Positions 21,028-31,417 of a stretch of DNA of 36,052 bases are shown here, in pieces (position 1 is the first letter of the stretch; the number at the start of each line of letters is the position of its first letter). Source of the DNA: a virus. The notes under the pieces are model-generated. The model saw only the letters and a program-made list of their open reading frames with translations, made no database searches and was not told the DNA's origin. The translations under genes and the position numbers were made by a program. The stretch lies in the IMG/VR virus record IMGVR_UViG_3300042199_000067, one strand, 5' to 3'.

Positions 21028-23310
21028 ATGTTAGACATTAAACAAATACCTATTGATAGGATCAATCAAAACAAGAATATCAACGCACGATTTGTGCGTA
21101 TGAAAAACCTCATGGATGTGAAAATGGCATCCTATCTGCGCTATTTAGGGACTAAAAATGCTGTTAACAGAGCCAGCGATTATCACTATTTGTGCCTTGC
21201 TGTTACTGACAGTACTGCTCCAGTAAATGGTATTGACTATATTCACCCTAGCGTAAAACCAGTAGTTGATTATGCTACTGCTGTAATCGCTAAAGGATTG
21301 ATGCCAAATGGCGAGATTAACTTTGAGTTTGTCGCTGATGGAGAAGATGACGAAAGTGCAAGTAGACAAGCGACAGATATGGTTAGCAAGATTGTTAACC
21401 AAATGAATGACCCACACTTTATATTAGAACGCTGGATCATGGACGCTGCCATGCATAAGAATGGTATGATGATGATTAAGCCTGTGCGTGAACCTATCAC
21501 ACGCTATGTTGAGATTCAAGGTACTAATGACCAATTATTAGCGTTTGAAGCACAAGCAAGTAGCAGTGGTCTTACAGCAACTCGCCAAAGCAAGCGTAAA
21601 ACTAATGTAGATATGGAAAACGCAATGGCAGAAGTTACACAATTATTAGGTCCTGAAAAGCGTGATGCCATGCGTGGATTTATGGACGAACATATAGCAT
21701 CATTACAGGAAAGTCCTGACGAAGCAAGTATGGAAAGTATGACCATTATGCGTGATAATTTTAATCAAGGTATGGTTGATACTGAACAAAGCGTTTTAGA
21801 TGAAGCATTAAACAGAAACACAATCTATACAGCAAAATATAAATTAACTGGTTATAATCTTAATATCAAGTTTCATCCTATCGCACAACATTATTGGATC
21901 TGTGATCCTACAGTACCTGAAATGAAGGATCAACCTTTCTGCGGTTACTATGATCCTATGACTATTCAAGAAGCAGTAGATTTATATCCAGGCATTAACT
22001 TAGAAGAATTTGAACGCTATGCTGAATACAACATGAATGGCGCATATCAAGCAGGTTCAGTATTAAACAACTTAGCCATTCACGCAAGAGACTCTGTACC
22101 TGTCATGGGTATTCCTGTCAGTAGTGCGAGTAGTGCTGATCCAGATAGTCGCCAGATTTCAGTTGTTACAGTTTGGAACAAATATGATATTGATGGTGAT
22201 GGTGAACTAGAACTTGTAGAAATCATTTATAGCGGTAGTTACATCATTAGTGCTAGAGAAGTAGAATTTATTCCTGTAGCAAATATGTGTCCAAAGCCAT
22301 TGCCAGGTAACTTCTATGGCATGAGTATTGCTGAAAGTGTTATTCCTATGCAGGAGTATAATACATCGGCAGCAAGAGCAGAAATTCAATTAGGATTATT
22401 GACAGCAACACCTCGCATTGGTGTTAAGCCAGACAGATTAGATTTTGAGATGTTACAAGATGGTGAGAGTGCTATCTTTATATTAGATAGCAAATTTGAT
22501 CCTAGTAAAGATATCTACCAATTGCCTCCTCCAAGTGGAAACTTACAGTTCTTGGAAGTTGCTATGAATCGTATTCAGCAAGACACAATGGCTATGGTAG
22601 GTATGACTACTCCGCAAGATGTATTCAATCCAGAAGTCATGGCGCCTGGTAATAGTGGTATCAAATTGCAACTTGCGTTAAGTCCTAACCAAATTATACA
22701 AGACAATACTGTTCGTAATGCGGCAGAAGGTCTTAAAGAAGCACTATGGTTAGTATGGCGTACATTGATACAATATGGTGATGATTATGGTGTCAAGAAA
22801 TTGGCACAGAAATCACATCCAGACAATCAGCCAGAATTCTTAGACTTCTTAGCATGGGACGATATGAACTTCTGTGACCGTCATCAGATTGAATTGAGTC
22901 TAGCAGTTGGTATGATGAGTGAAGAAAATCAATTAGCAAGATTACAAATCATTCAAAAGTGTCAAGCAGATTTATATCAAGCAATACAAAGTATGGTTAT
23001 GCAAGGTACATTGACTCCTGATATATTCAAGAAAGTCAAGAAGCCATTCGCAGATACATTATATGTATTGGGCGTGAAAGATGCTGATGTGTATTTGCCT
23101 AGCGATGATGAAGTTATGAGTATGATACAACAGGCACAACAGGCTATGGCTAATAAGCAACCAAGTCCTAAGGATCAGAAAGATACTGCTAGTGCCCAAC
23201 TTGATATAGCAAAAGCAAATCAAATTATGAGTGAATTAAGCGGAGATGATGCCGAAACAACATTAGATTTAATGGCTATCGCTCAAGGACAACCAAAAGT
23301 CTATTCGTAA
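21028..23310 (+). CDS. Portal protein (P22-like architecture)
   Basis: 760 aa, in the first large-ORF position after terL. Long C-terminal Gln/Ala-rich helix (…MIQQAQQAMANKQPSPKDQKDTASAQLDIAKANQ…) like the P22-type portal barrel. Acidic N-terminal third. Confidence 0.75.
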   Translation: MLDIKQIPIDRINQNKNINARFVRMKNLMDVKMASYLRYLGTKNAVNRASDYHYLCLAVTDSTAPVNGIDYIHPSVKPVVDYATAVIAKGLMPNGEINFEFVADGEDDESASRQATDMVSKIVNQMNDPHFILERWIMDAAMHKNGMMMIKPVREPITRYVEIQGTNDQLLAFEAQASSSGLTATRQSKRKTNVDMENAMAEVTQLLGPEKRDAMRGFMDEHIASLQESPDEASMESMTIMRDNFNQGMVDTEQSVLDEALNRNTIYTAKYKLTGYNLNIKFHPIAQHYWICDPTVPEMKDQPFCGYYDPMTIQEAVDLYPGINLEEFERYAEYNMNGAYQAGSVLNNLAIHARDSVPVMGIPVSSASSADPDSRQISVVTVWNKYDIDGDGELELVEIIYSGSYIISAREVEFIPVANMCPKPLPGNFYGMSIAESVIPMQEYNTSAARAEIQLGLLTATPRIGVKPDRLDFEMLQDGESAIFILDSKFDPSKDIYQLPPPSGNLQFLEVAMNRIQQDTMAMVGMTTPQDVFNPEVMAPGNSGIKLQLALSPNQIIQDNTVRNAAEGLKEALWLVWRTLIQYGDDYGVKKLAQKSHPDNQPEFLDFLAWDDMNFCDRHQIELSLAVGMMSEENQLARLQIIQKCQADLYQAIQSMVMQGTLTPDIFKKVKKPFADTLYVLGVKDADVYLPSDDEVMSMIQQAQQAMANKQPSPKDQKDTASAQLDIAKANQIMSELSGDDAETTLDLMAIAQGQPKVYS

Positions 23311-23346
23311 AATAAACGCATAAATAAAATATAATTGGAATAGAAT

Positions 23347-23697
23347 ATGATTAGTGAAGATACGATTGACCATTATAATACAAAACTTAATGTTGACTTA
23401 AACAATATTAAAAATATGACAGCGGCACAAAAAGACCGTGTCAGACATTATGGTAGTCAAGCAGAAGCATTATTAAAAAATAAAGATTTAGCGATGTTTG
23501 TCCATCACTTTAAGTTTGAACTAGCAGATAATATTGCTAGTTTGCGTGGACATACAACAGAAGATAATTTGCAACGAGTTGCGTTATGTAACGAACTTGT
23601 TGGAATTGACAATTTCGTAAATAGCCTTAAAAGGGCAGTTTATTGGAAGAATCGTATTGGTAACACGAATGAAGTGCCCAATACAACTAACAATTAA
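23347..23697 (+). CDS. Hypothetical protein (116 aa) between portal and scaffold
   Basis: ORF with an in-operon position. No motif recognised. Confidence 0.5.
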   Translation: MISEDTIDHYNTKLNVDLNNIKNMTAAQKDRVRHYGSQAEALLKNKDLAMFVHHFKFELADNIASLRGHTTEDNLQRVALCNELVGIDNFVNSLKRAVYWKNRIGNTNEVPNTTNN

Positions 23698-23706
23698 GGA
23701 AATTAA

Positions 23707-24861
23707 ATGACAACAGAAATCAGCCCTAACACTCAAGTGAGTGCGGCCACTGAATCACCCGCTGTTCCGAGTTTGGATAGTATAGCACAAAAGATGACCG
23801 CAATGCGTGAACAAACCTTGCGTAATCAACTTCGTGCTACCGAAGAGGACGCAACAGGTACAACTGAGACGGCAGAATCAGAAGTCCCTGTGGCAACAGA
23901 TAATGTGCCAGAAGTTGATGAATCAAATGACGAGTATATTGGCGAAAGCACAGAAGAATCAGATAGCCCTGAACAGGTAACTACTGGTAATTCTGACAGT
24001 ACAGCAGATGAACTAATTGATTTTATTGAGTTTGCAGAAACTAATCCGAACGCTAAGTTCAAGTTTATGCGGAACGGTAAAGAAGTAGTTATTGATGCTA
24101 AAAAGGCGGCAGCAATATTAGGTCAAGGTTCAGCAATACATGAAGAAGCAAGAGAGTTAAAAATCCAAAAGGCTGAGTTTGAGGAGTACCTAAACCAGAC
24201 CCGTGCTAAAACTGAAGGTTTAGCGTTAGCGATGGAGTTTACTATTGAACCTCGCTTGAGAAATGCTTATGATGAAATTGTGAAAACACAAGGTTATCAG
24301 ACTACATTTCAAAAGCAACTACAGCAAACTAAAGACCCGGCAATGCAAGCAAGAATTCAAGCAAGCATGGCACAGAACGAACAGTATATTAGGCAACAAC
24401 AGCAACTAATCGGGCAGTTGAAACCACAAGTAGACCAGTTTCGTAGTATCAGGTCACAACAGATTGCAGGTAGATTAGATGAGGCTCGTAGAAACTTTAG
24501 TGATAAAGAGTTGAAGAATGAATATGTCTACAACGAGATCCGTGAAAAGGTCGCTAAGATATGGCCACACGCAAAGGAAGAAATCATTCCTGGTGTACCA
24601 AATATTGATTTAATCAGTAGTGATGAAAATCTATTAAGTTTGGTTCGTGATGGACTTAAGTATCGTCAAAAACCTAACAGTAAAAGTGCTGGATCTAGTT
24701 TGGCGCAGTTAACTAACCGTAAAGGTAGCACTACGCAACGCAGCAACGATGATAACATCTCTAAACTTCGTGAACAAGCCAAGAGTGGCGATAAAAAAGC
24801 CGCAGACAATCTACTAGTTGCTCAATTACAAAAAATCAGAGCAAGTCGTGGAGGTCGTTAA
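23707..24861 (+). CDS. Scaffolding protein
   Basis: AAGGAA RBS. Acidic, Ser/Thr/Glu-rich N-terminus, then long Gln/Lys/Glu helical segments. Basic C-terminus (KIRASRGGR). Immediately upstream of the coat gene. Confidence 0.6.
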   Translation: MTTEISPNTQVSAATESPAVPSLDSIAQKMTAMREQTLRNQLRATEEDATGTTETAESEVPVATDNVPEVDESNDEYIGESTEESDSPEQVTTGNSDSTADELIDFIEFAETNPNAKFKFMRNGKEVVIDAKKAAAILGQGSAIHEEARELKIQKAEFEEYLNQTRAKTEGLALAMEFTIEPRLRNAYDEIVKTQGYQTTFQKQLQQTKDPAMQARIQASMAQNEQYIRQQQQLIGQLKPQVDQFRSIRSQQIAGRLDEARRNFSDKELKNEYVYNEIREKVAKIWPHAKEEIIPGVPNIDLISSDENLLSLVRDGLKYRQKPNSKSAGSSLAQLTNRKGSTTQRSNDDNISKLREQAKSGDKKAADNLLVAQLQKIRASRGGR

Positions 24862-24893
24862 TAATAGCCTAATTAAATTTCAAGGAGAATAAA

Positions 24894-26066
24894 ATGGCAG
24901 AAATTACAACCAGTCAAATTGGTAATGGTACAACCGCTTATGGTTCAGATATCGTTGTCAAAGACTTAGATTTAGATGTTTCTAATCGTGTTAAAGATGA
25001 TACACCTGTGTTGAACATGTGTATGAGCAAAAAGCGTAAAGTAAATTCAACATTACCATTATGGACTGATGACATTTATCGTGCGCCAGCAGTACAAGCG
25101 CAAGTTGAAGGTGCTACAGTTGCTACTTCTCAAGCAGAAAGCAATCAGCGTTACAACTTAGGTAACTACACACAAATTTTCAGTACAGTTATCGCCGCTT
25201 CAGGTACAGCCCGTGCAGTTATGCAGGCTGGTGGTGACCCACAAGCATATCAAGAAGTCAAGCAATTGATTGAATTGATGTTTGATGTGGAATTACAACT
25301 AGTTCGTAATGACCAAATCGGTACAAAGTATGCCGGTCAAACTGGTAGTGCTTCAGGCTTACCAGCAGGTCAAACAGGCCGTCGTATGGGTTCATTAGCA
25401 TCCTTCGCTGGCACATGGAGTTTTAATACAACTTCTGGTACATTGAGTGGTTTAGACACTTTCTTCAACAACGAAGATACTGACTCTGCAACTCAAATTT
25501 CTAATGCATTACGCATTTATGCAAATGGTAGTTACTACTATGCTGGTACTTTCACTAACCAGTATTTCTCACCTGCTCTATACAAGCAGTTGGTAACTGT
25601 TGCTGAACAGCGTTACAATGCTAAGATCCGTACTGTTGTTGCTCCAACTTCATTGCGTACAAGCATCTCTGATAACATGCCTCAGTCAAGAGGTATCAAT
25701 CGTGTTGACTCAGCAAGAGGCGACACAATCAGCACTTATGAAGGTGACTTCAACTACACTTACGAAATCTTTGATTCTTGGATCATGGATCAAGTCGTAC
25801 CTAACCAAATGTACTTCTTGAACGAAGATGTAGTACAGTGGGGTGCATTGCGTGATTTAGGACCTAACAACGAAGTATTCAGCAATGCTGACGCTTCATT
25901 GGATCAGTTCATCATGGAAGGTACATTGATTGTTCGTAACCCAGCTGGCGTTGCTGTGTTGAACAACATTGAAGCAGGTACAACTGCTCAATCTTCATTG
26001 CCTGGTCCTCGTGCAGCCGCTCTTGTCAGCCGCACAAACTTCGGTCCTGGAGATGTTACACCTTAA
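24894..26066 (+). CDS. Major capsid protein
   Basis: Best RBS in the genome (CAAGGAGAATAAA-ATG). 390 aa. Codon usage is shifted to ggt/cgt/act/gct, as in highly expressed genes. Lies after the scaffold gene and is followed by a strong terminator. Confidence 0.75.
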   Translation: MAEITTSQIGNGTTAYGSDIVVKDLDLDVSNRVKDDTPVLNMCMSKKRKVNSTLPLWTDDIYRAPAVQAQVEGATVATSQAESNQRYNLGNYTQIFSTVIAASGTARAVMQAGGDPQAYQEVKQLIELMFDVELQLVRNDQIGTKYAGQTGSASGLPAGQTGRRMGSLASFAGTWSFNTTSGTLSGLDTFFNNEDTDSATQISNALRIYANGSYYYAGTFTNQYFSPALYKQLVTVAEQRYNAKIRTVVAPTSLRTSISDNMPQSRGINRVDSARGDTISTYEGDFNYTYEIFDSWIMDQVVPNQMYFLNEDVVQWGALRDLGPNNEVFSNADASLDQFIMEGTLIVRNPAGVAVLNNIEAGTTAQSSLPGPRAAALVSRTNFGPGDVTP

Positions 26067-26091
26067 TTTTATTAAGTGTAATAGCAAGAAG

Positions 26092-26114
26092 AAAGGCTCT
26101 ACGGAGCCTTTTTT
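26092..26114 (+). terminator. Rho-independent terminator after the coat gene
   Basis: 8-bp stem aaaggctc / gagccttt, tacg loop, T run. Confidence 0.85.
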
Positions 26115-26132
26115 CGCATCATAAATACTAAT

Positions 26133-26717
26133 ATGAATGACAACAACCAACCAGAATATCTGGACGATAATGATCCAGAAAAGAACTACAATTTCTACCG
26201 TCAAGACAACGGTGGAATGGTCACAAATGACAATGGAGTAGCAGATAGGTTACTTCAAAATAACGACCTTTATAATAGCATGAAGGGCGATTGGAAACGC
26301 ACAGATTTTAACAAAAGCAAAAACATACTAGTTACTAGTGGTCGTGAAGATGGTAAATTCTATATTAGGCGTGAACAGTTGAATGCAAAAGCAATCGCTG
26401 AACATTGCAAGAATTATCGTCATGCGGCAGAATTAGGTATTCCTGATCCATTAGCACCAATCGGTGAAGATGGTAAGTTACAGCACAAATGGATGGAATT
26501 ACCAAAAGTCGTAGCGATTCGTATCAGCGATGACTATTTTGGTGGCATGCCTTGGTCTGCAATTAAACACGACAGAACATTAAAGGCACAATTTTATAAG
26601 GTAGTAGAAAAAGAATATAATCAATATGTCTGCTATCCGGGCGGTAAGTTGCCAATCCCAGTTGATGTACCTTATCCAACTAAAAAGGGTCAACAAAGAT
26701 TTTTCCAAGGACATTAA
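26133..26717 (+). CDS. Head-tail adaptor-position protein (194 aa)
   Basis: First ORF after coat, as P22 gp4 and T7 gp11 are in their genomes. No sequence similarity to T7 gp11 by eye. Positional call only. Confidence 0.35.
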   Translation: MNDNNQPEYLDDNDPEKNYNFYRQDNGGMVTNDNGVADRLLQNNDLYNSMKGDWKRTDFNKSKNILVTSGREDGKFYIRREQLNAKAIAEHCKNYRHAAELGIPDPLAPIGEDGKLQHKWMELPKVVAIRISDDYFGGMPWSAIKHDRTLKAQFYKVVEKEYNQYVCYPGGKLPIPVDVPYPTKKGQQRFFQGH

Positions 26718-26720
26718 AAT

Positions 26721-27935
26721 ATGTTTAACATACAAACAGGAGACGAATTAGTAGACTTCATTAAAGAATTTACTGGAAGCACTAATACGCAAGAAATTAA
26801 AAATTGTATATTCTTAGCAGAATTATCAATGCGTAACATTGAGTTACCAGCATTGCGTAGCGACCCATATGATCCATTATATATTGGTATCGTTGATAGT
26901 GAGGGCGGTATTCCTATTCCTGGTGATATGAATAAACCTATATTGTTCTTTAAGCAAGGACAGCAATATATTACAAGTGCTACTGCAACTGGAACAGTTG
27001 GACAAAACACAGTAGTATTGACTAGCGAACCACCTCAACAACTTACAGTAGGTATGTTTGTGTTTGGTACAGGCATACAAACTGGTACAACAATTCTAGC
27101 AACAGGTGGCGGTGGATTAGGTGATACATTAACATTAAGCAATAACAACACAGGTACAGTTAATGGTACATTAACATTCCAAACAACACCTCCTGCAAGT
27201 CAAAGCAGTCAGACAGGTCCATGGATTGTTTACGATAGAATTGGTGACAGAGATATCATTACGCAAGGCATGATTGCACAATTATATTTGCAGCCAGTCA
27301 ATGTACCAGCAGTTATTCGTGGCAAGTTTAGTGAAGTTGGACAAAAATATAAGTTTTTACCATATGTTGCTGAAGGCGACTTAATCAACATGTATTATTA
27401 CAAAGCGTGGCCGTTACTTTTTGCTCCTGTAGCAGACGAAGTAATCAGCACAACTGGTAGCGTAAACCCAATCAGCGGTTCAGGACCATGGACAATCGCA
27501 ATCACAGGTATGACTAGCACAGCAAGTGTTAGTGTTGGCGATTTTATTACTGCTACTGATGGTACAGGTAGTTTGGGCTTTGGCTTCACAAGTGCTGAAG
27601 TAACACAGATACTAAGTAGTACTAGTATGCAAGTTGTTGTCACTGGTGGTACAAGCCCAACAGGTGGTACAATCACAAACATCAGTTTAACAAACCAAAC
27701 TGTACAGACTAATGCAGTATTAGCAACATGGCCAGAAGGTTATGTATACTCTACTTTGCGTGAATATTATATCAAGCGTCACAACACAGAAGATGCGGCA
27801 ACATATCAAGCAAAGTTTGACAATGCTTGGAATACTGTTGAAGACCAAAACAATCTTGGTAAATGGAGTGGCGGACACACAAGATTAACAAGTGTATGGC
27901 AACCTAGACAATATCGCCAATACAATATTAAGTAA
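26721..27935 (+). CDS. Tail hub/tubular-position structural protein (404 aa)
   Basis: Second ORF after coat. T/G/S-rich central part. Ends just before the AAGGAAA RBS of the fibre gene. Confidence 0.4.
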   Translation: MFNIQTGDELVDFIKEFTGSTNTQEIKNCIFLAELSMRNIELPALRSDPYDPLYIGIVDSEGGIPIPGDMNKPILFFKQGQQYITSATATGTVGQNTVVLTSEPPQQLTVGMFVFGTGIQTGTTILATGGGGLGDTLTLSNNNTGTVNGTLTFQTTPPASQSSQTGPWIVYDRIGDRDIITQGMIAQLYLQPVNVPAVIRGKFSEVGQKYKFLPYVAEGDLINMYYYKAWPLLFAPVADEVISTTGSVNPISGSGPWTIAITGMTSTASVSVGDFITATDGTGSLGFGFTSAEVTQILSSTSMQVVVTGGTSPTGGTITNISLTNQTVQTNAVLATWPEGYVYSTLREYYIKRHNTEDAATYQAKFDNAWNTVEDQNNLGKWSGGHTRLTSVWQPRQYRQYNIK

Positions 27936-27944
27936 GGAAAAAAC

Positions 27945-30900
27945 ATGCCAGTAACTAATACAAGCAATTACACAACATTATACAGCACTACTGCTGGCGC
28001 TGTTGCACCACAACAACCATATGGTAATGCAAATGTTGAAGCATTCTTAAATGTTGGCACAGATGGTGGCAACACAGTACAAAACATTATTGCAAATGGA
28101 ACTATTACTGCTAATGGTAATATTGAAGCAAATGGGTATTTTGTTGGTGATGGTGGATATTTAAGCAATGTTACCGCAAATACAGCAAATACCGCAAATA
28201 CAGCAAATACCGCAAACTATGCTAACTTTTCAGGTAATTTAGTTAATGGAACAAGCAATGTAAGCATTCCTGTTGCTAATGGCAATATTACATTTGGAGT
28301 AAATGGCAATGCTAATGTTATGGTCGTTTCTGTTGACCAAGTTGCAATTGGTGCGAATGCAGGGCAAACTAATCAATTACTTAAATCTATAGCGGTTGGC
28401 GAAAAGGCTGGACAAACTAATCAAGGTAATATTTATGGTTATGCTATTGCCATTGGACATAATGCCGGTAGTAATAATCAAACAGGATTTAGTGTTGCAA
28501 TTGGTAACTCAGCGGCTAGTAATAATCAAGGCTACGCAGGGGTTGCTATAGGTAAAGAAACGGGTAGAAATGACCAAGGCAACTATAGTGTTGCTATTGG
28601 TGGTGGTGCCGGCTTTACTAGTCAGGGTTCAAATAGTATTGCTGTTGGTAAAGACGCAGGATTCATGAGTCAAGCAAATAACAGTATTATATTAAATGCT
28701 ACTGGATCCGTACTAAACCAAACAACTGCAAATACATTTACAGTTAAGCCTGTGCGTAATGCCAATACAGCAAACATGTTGTTTTATAACAACACTACAG
28801 GTGAAATAACATATGACGCATTAATTGCTCCTAATTCAGTAGCAAATTCTAACTTCGCAAATTTCGCTGGCAATGTTACTAATTCAGCACAGCCAAATAT
28901 TACAAGTGTTGGTACATTAGTCAATGTTACAGTTACTGGTAATATTACTAGTACCACTGGCATATTTAATGGAGATGGAAGCGGTCTAAGCAATATTAAT
29001 GTTAGCAACATTACAGGAAATGCTAACTTTGCAAACTTTGCTGGTAATGTAACTGTAAGTAACCAACCTAATATTACAAGTCTTGGTAATTTATTATCAT
29101 TGCAGGTAGGTAATACTAGTAATTTAACTTTATTTAATTTTAATCCAAATACAGCCGCCATACCTGGCACAACAAGTAATGTAAGTTTATTAAAAACATC
29201 ATCAAATTATACTTTTAACGAAGGCAGTTATGTTACCAATTGGGATTACAACATTGATAACATAACTTGGAATCAATTATATTATGGTAATGATTTGAAT
29301 ACTGGTAATACCATTTATGCTGGTAAACAAGCAATGAGTGGTTATGGGGCTCCTGGTAGTAATGTCGTTCCCGGCACTTATACAGTTCAAGTTTTTGAAA
29401 CTTCAAGTGATTTAACCAATCCCAACACAGGTACAGGAACCAGTTTAAGTGTTGGTCAAGGTGGATTGACTGCGATTGTTGGATCACAAACAAGTGCTCC
29501 TGCAATAGGTGCATTCATATATGGTAACACTACGCAAAGTCAAGCAAGCGCAATTCGTATCAATCGTAGACGAGGTAATGGCGATGTTCGCAGTAATGTG
29601 GCAGCAAGTGATTATTTAGGTAACATTGAATGGCGTGCTGGTGGTAGTGCTACTGGTTCATTAAACAGCAGAATTGCTACATTTGGCGCTAAAGTAGACA
29701 GCAGTTATGGTGGTCCAGGTAATGTCATGCCAATTGGCTTTGAAATGGATGTAGTGAATAGTAGTAATGCTTTCATCGCACATAGTTTCTATGCAAATGG
29801 TAATGTAAACTTTAGCAATAATGTCAATGCCGCTAGTTTTAGCGGTAATGGTGGCAACTTAAGCAATATTGCAGTTGGTAATATTACTGGTTTAGGTAAT
29901 ATTGCTACAATTAATTTAGACGGCAATGCAAGTAACATTCTTTATGGTAATGGCGTATTTGCAACGCCAGCGACTCAATCTATACTCGCTAATGGCACAA
30001 GTAATGTCAGTATACCATCTGCAAATGGTAACATAAATTTTAGTGCAAATAATAACAGTAATTTAGTTCAAATTAGTGCTGATACTAATGCACTAGTGAA
30101 TGTTTTCCCATTAATTACTCAAACAAATGCATTGCGTTTTAATAGTATAGGTAGTCCGCAACAAGATTGCCGTATTACATTTGCTAGATATGAAACAAAT
30201 GTTGCAAATTCAACAAGTGTACAACCTAATGCTAATGTGGGAACATTGATATTTTTTGCACACAATGGTACTGGATTAAGCACAACATTACCTGCAATAA
30301 TTCGTGCTAAAGTAGATGCGGCGTATACTGCTAATACAGCAAATATACCATATGGCTTACAATTTATAGTTGCACAAACTACACAAACAGGTACTGCAAA
30401 TACGGGTTTTTCACATAATTTTTGGAGTAATGGTAATGTATCATTTGCTAAAACAGTTAATGCAGCCAATATAATTCTTTCAGGTAATGCTAATATAACT
30501 GGTACTGCAAATATAACTGGTAATAGTAATGTTGGTAATTTAGGTGCAAGTGGATTAATTACCGCTACAGGCAATATTACTGGTGGCAATTTATTAACAA
30601 ATGGATTACTTGATGTTAAAGGTAATGTAACATTAGGTAATGCAAGTAGTAATTCATTTGTGACAATTACCGGTGATAAAACAGTTAATAGTTCTGTAAG
30701 TTTAGTTGACACACAATTTGCAGTTGCATTAAGTAATGTTAATACTAGTGGTGGATTCAGCCCATTTAGATTTAACCAGTACACTTCATTAAGTAGTCAA
30801 GTAGGGGCAATGTTTTTTCAGCGTGCCCGAGGAAACAGTTTTGCTAATCAAAGCCCAGTACTTGCAGGTGACGAAGTTGCAGTTTTTAACTTTTTAGTTA

Positions 30901-31415
30901 ATAGTAATAATGTTGCTACAAGTCTTAACCAAATATCAAGTTCAGTTACATACAATGATAATGCAGGTAATATAGGCGGCAGATTAACATTGGATGCTAG
31001 TGGAGTTGGCACGACAGGTCAAAGTTTAAGTAAAATTGAATTGACTTCTGCTAATATCAATGTTAGTGGTAACATTAATATAACTGGTAATGCTATTGTT
31101 AACTCAAACACAACTATCTATAGTAATGGTTTGGTTAATGCTACACAGTTCAGCACAGCCAATACAAACATTTATGCTAACGGTGCGGTTAACACTAATG
31201 GCGAACTTACAGCAGACAATGTTAAGATTGATACTAATGGTTTCATGAAACTTAGTAGTTATACGGCGGCGGCATTAACAGCAATCACAGGACAGATTGG
31301 TTGGATGGCTGCTGTAAGCGATAGTGCTAGTGGTGGTAATCCAAATGGCATGATTGCGTTCTGGGATACAACAAACGCTCGTTGGAGTTATGTCCACGAC
31401 AATAGTGCGGTATAA
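27945..31415 (+). CDS. Tail fibre (1156 aa, Asn/Thr/Ser/Gly-rich) with YadA-head-like repeats and internal duplications
   Basis: (S/Y)(V/I)AIG-x-x-AG-x-x-NQG units x6 lie at aa about 130-255 (nt about 28335-28710). The ANFANFAGNVT…QPNITS(V/L)G module occurs twice (about 28856 and about 29030). NGTSNVSIP-x-ANGNI-x-F occurs twice. The C-terminal end is GQIGWMAAVSDSASGGNPNGMIAFWDTTNARWSY. Confidence 0.75.
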   Translation: MPVTNTSNYTTLYSTTAGAVAPQQPYGNANVEAFLNVGTDGGNTVQNIIANGTITANGNIEANGYFVGDGGYLSNVTANTANTANTANTANYANFSGNLVNGTSNVSIPVANGNITFGVNGNANVMVVSVDQVAIGANAGQTNQLLKSIAVGEKAGQTNQGNIYGYAIAIGHNAGSNNQTGFSVAIGNSAASNNQGYAGVAIGKETGRNDQGNYSVAIGGGAGFTSQGSNSIAVGKDAGFMSQANNSIILNATGSVLNQTTANTFTVKPVRNANTANMLFYNNTTGEITYDALIAPNSVANSNFANFAGNVTNSAQPNITSVGTLVNVTVTGNITSTTGIFNGDGSGLSNINVSNITGNANFANFAGNVTVSNQPNITSLGNLLSLQVGNTSNLTLFNFNPNTAAIPGTTSNVSLLKTSSNYTFNEGSYVTNWDYNIDNITWNQLYYGNDLNTGNTIYAGKQAMSGYGAPGSNVVPGTYTVQVFETSSDLTNPNTGTGTSLSVGQGGLTAIVGSQTSAPAIGAFIYGNTTQSQASAIRINRRRGNGDVRSNVAASDYLGNIEWRAGGSATGSLNSRIATFGAKVDSSYGGPGNVMPIGFEMDVVNSSNAFIAHSFYANGNVNFSNNVNAASFSGNGGNLSNIAVGNITGLGNIATINLDGNASNILYGNGVFATPATQSILANGTSNVSIPSANGNINFSANNNSNLVQISADTNALVNVFPLITQTNALRFNSIGSPQQDCRITFARYETNVANSTSVQPNANVGTLIFFAHNGTGLSTTLPAIIRAKVDAAYTANTANIPYGLQFIVAQTTQTGTANTGFSHNFWSNGNVSFAKTVNAANIILSGNANITGTANITGNSNVGNLGASGLITATGNITGGNLLTNGLLDVKGNVTLGNASSNSFVTITGDKTVNSSVSLVDTQFAVALSNVNTSGGFSPFRFNQYTSLSSQVGAMFFQRARGNSFANQSPVLAGDEVAVFNFLVNSNNVATSLNQISSSVTYNDNAGNIGGRLTLDASGVGTTGQSLSKIELTSANINVSGNINITGNAIVNSNTTIYSNGLVNATQFSTANTNIYANGAVNTNGELTADNVKIDTNGFMKLSSYTAAALTAITGQIGWMAAVSDSASGGNPNGMIAFWDTTNARWSYVHDNSAV
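28173..28217 (+). repeat. 18-nt tandem repeat x2.5 (accgcaaatacagcaaat) encoding (TAN)n
   Basis: Read directly. Protein: NTANTANTANTANYAN. Confidence 0.9.
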
Positions 31416-31417
31416 TC

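Noticed and set aside
28784-30784. Minus-strand ORFs 28784-29170, 29233-29514 and 30119-30784 inside the fibre gene. The same applies to 33287-33769 inside the primase gene and 34102-34692 inside the helicase gene.
   Set aside because: They are shadow ORFs in AT-rich, Asn/Thr-rich coding sequence. They lack start context and are nested in long coherent plus-strand genes.
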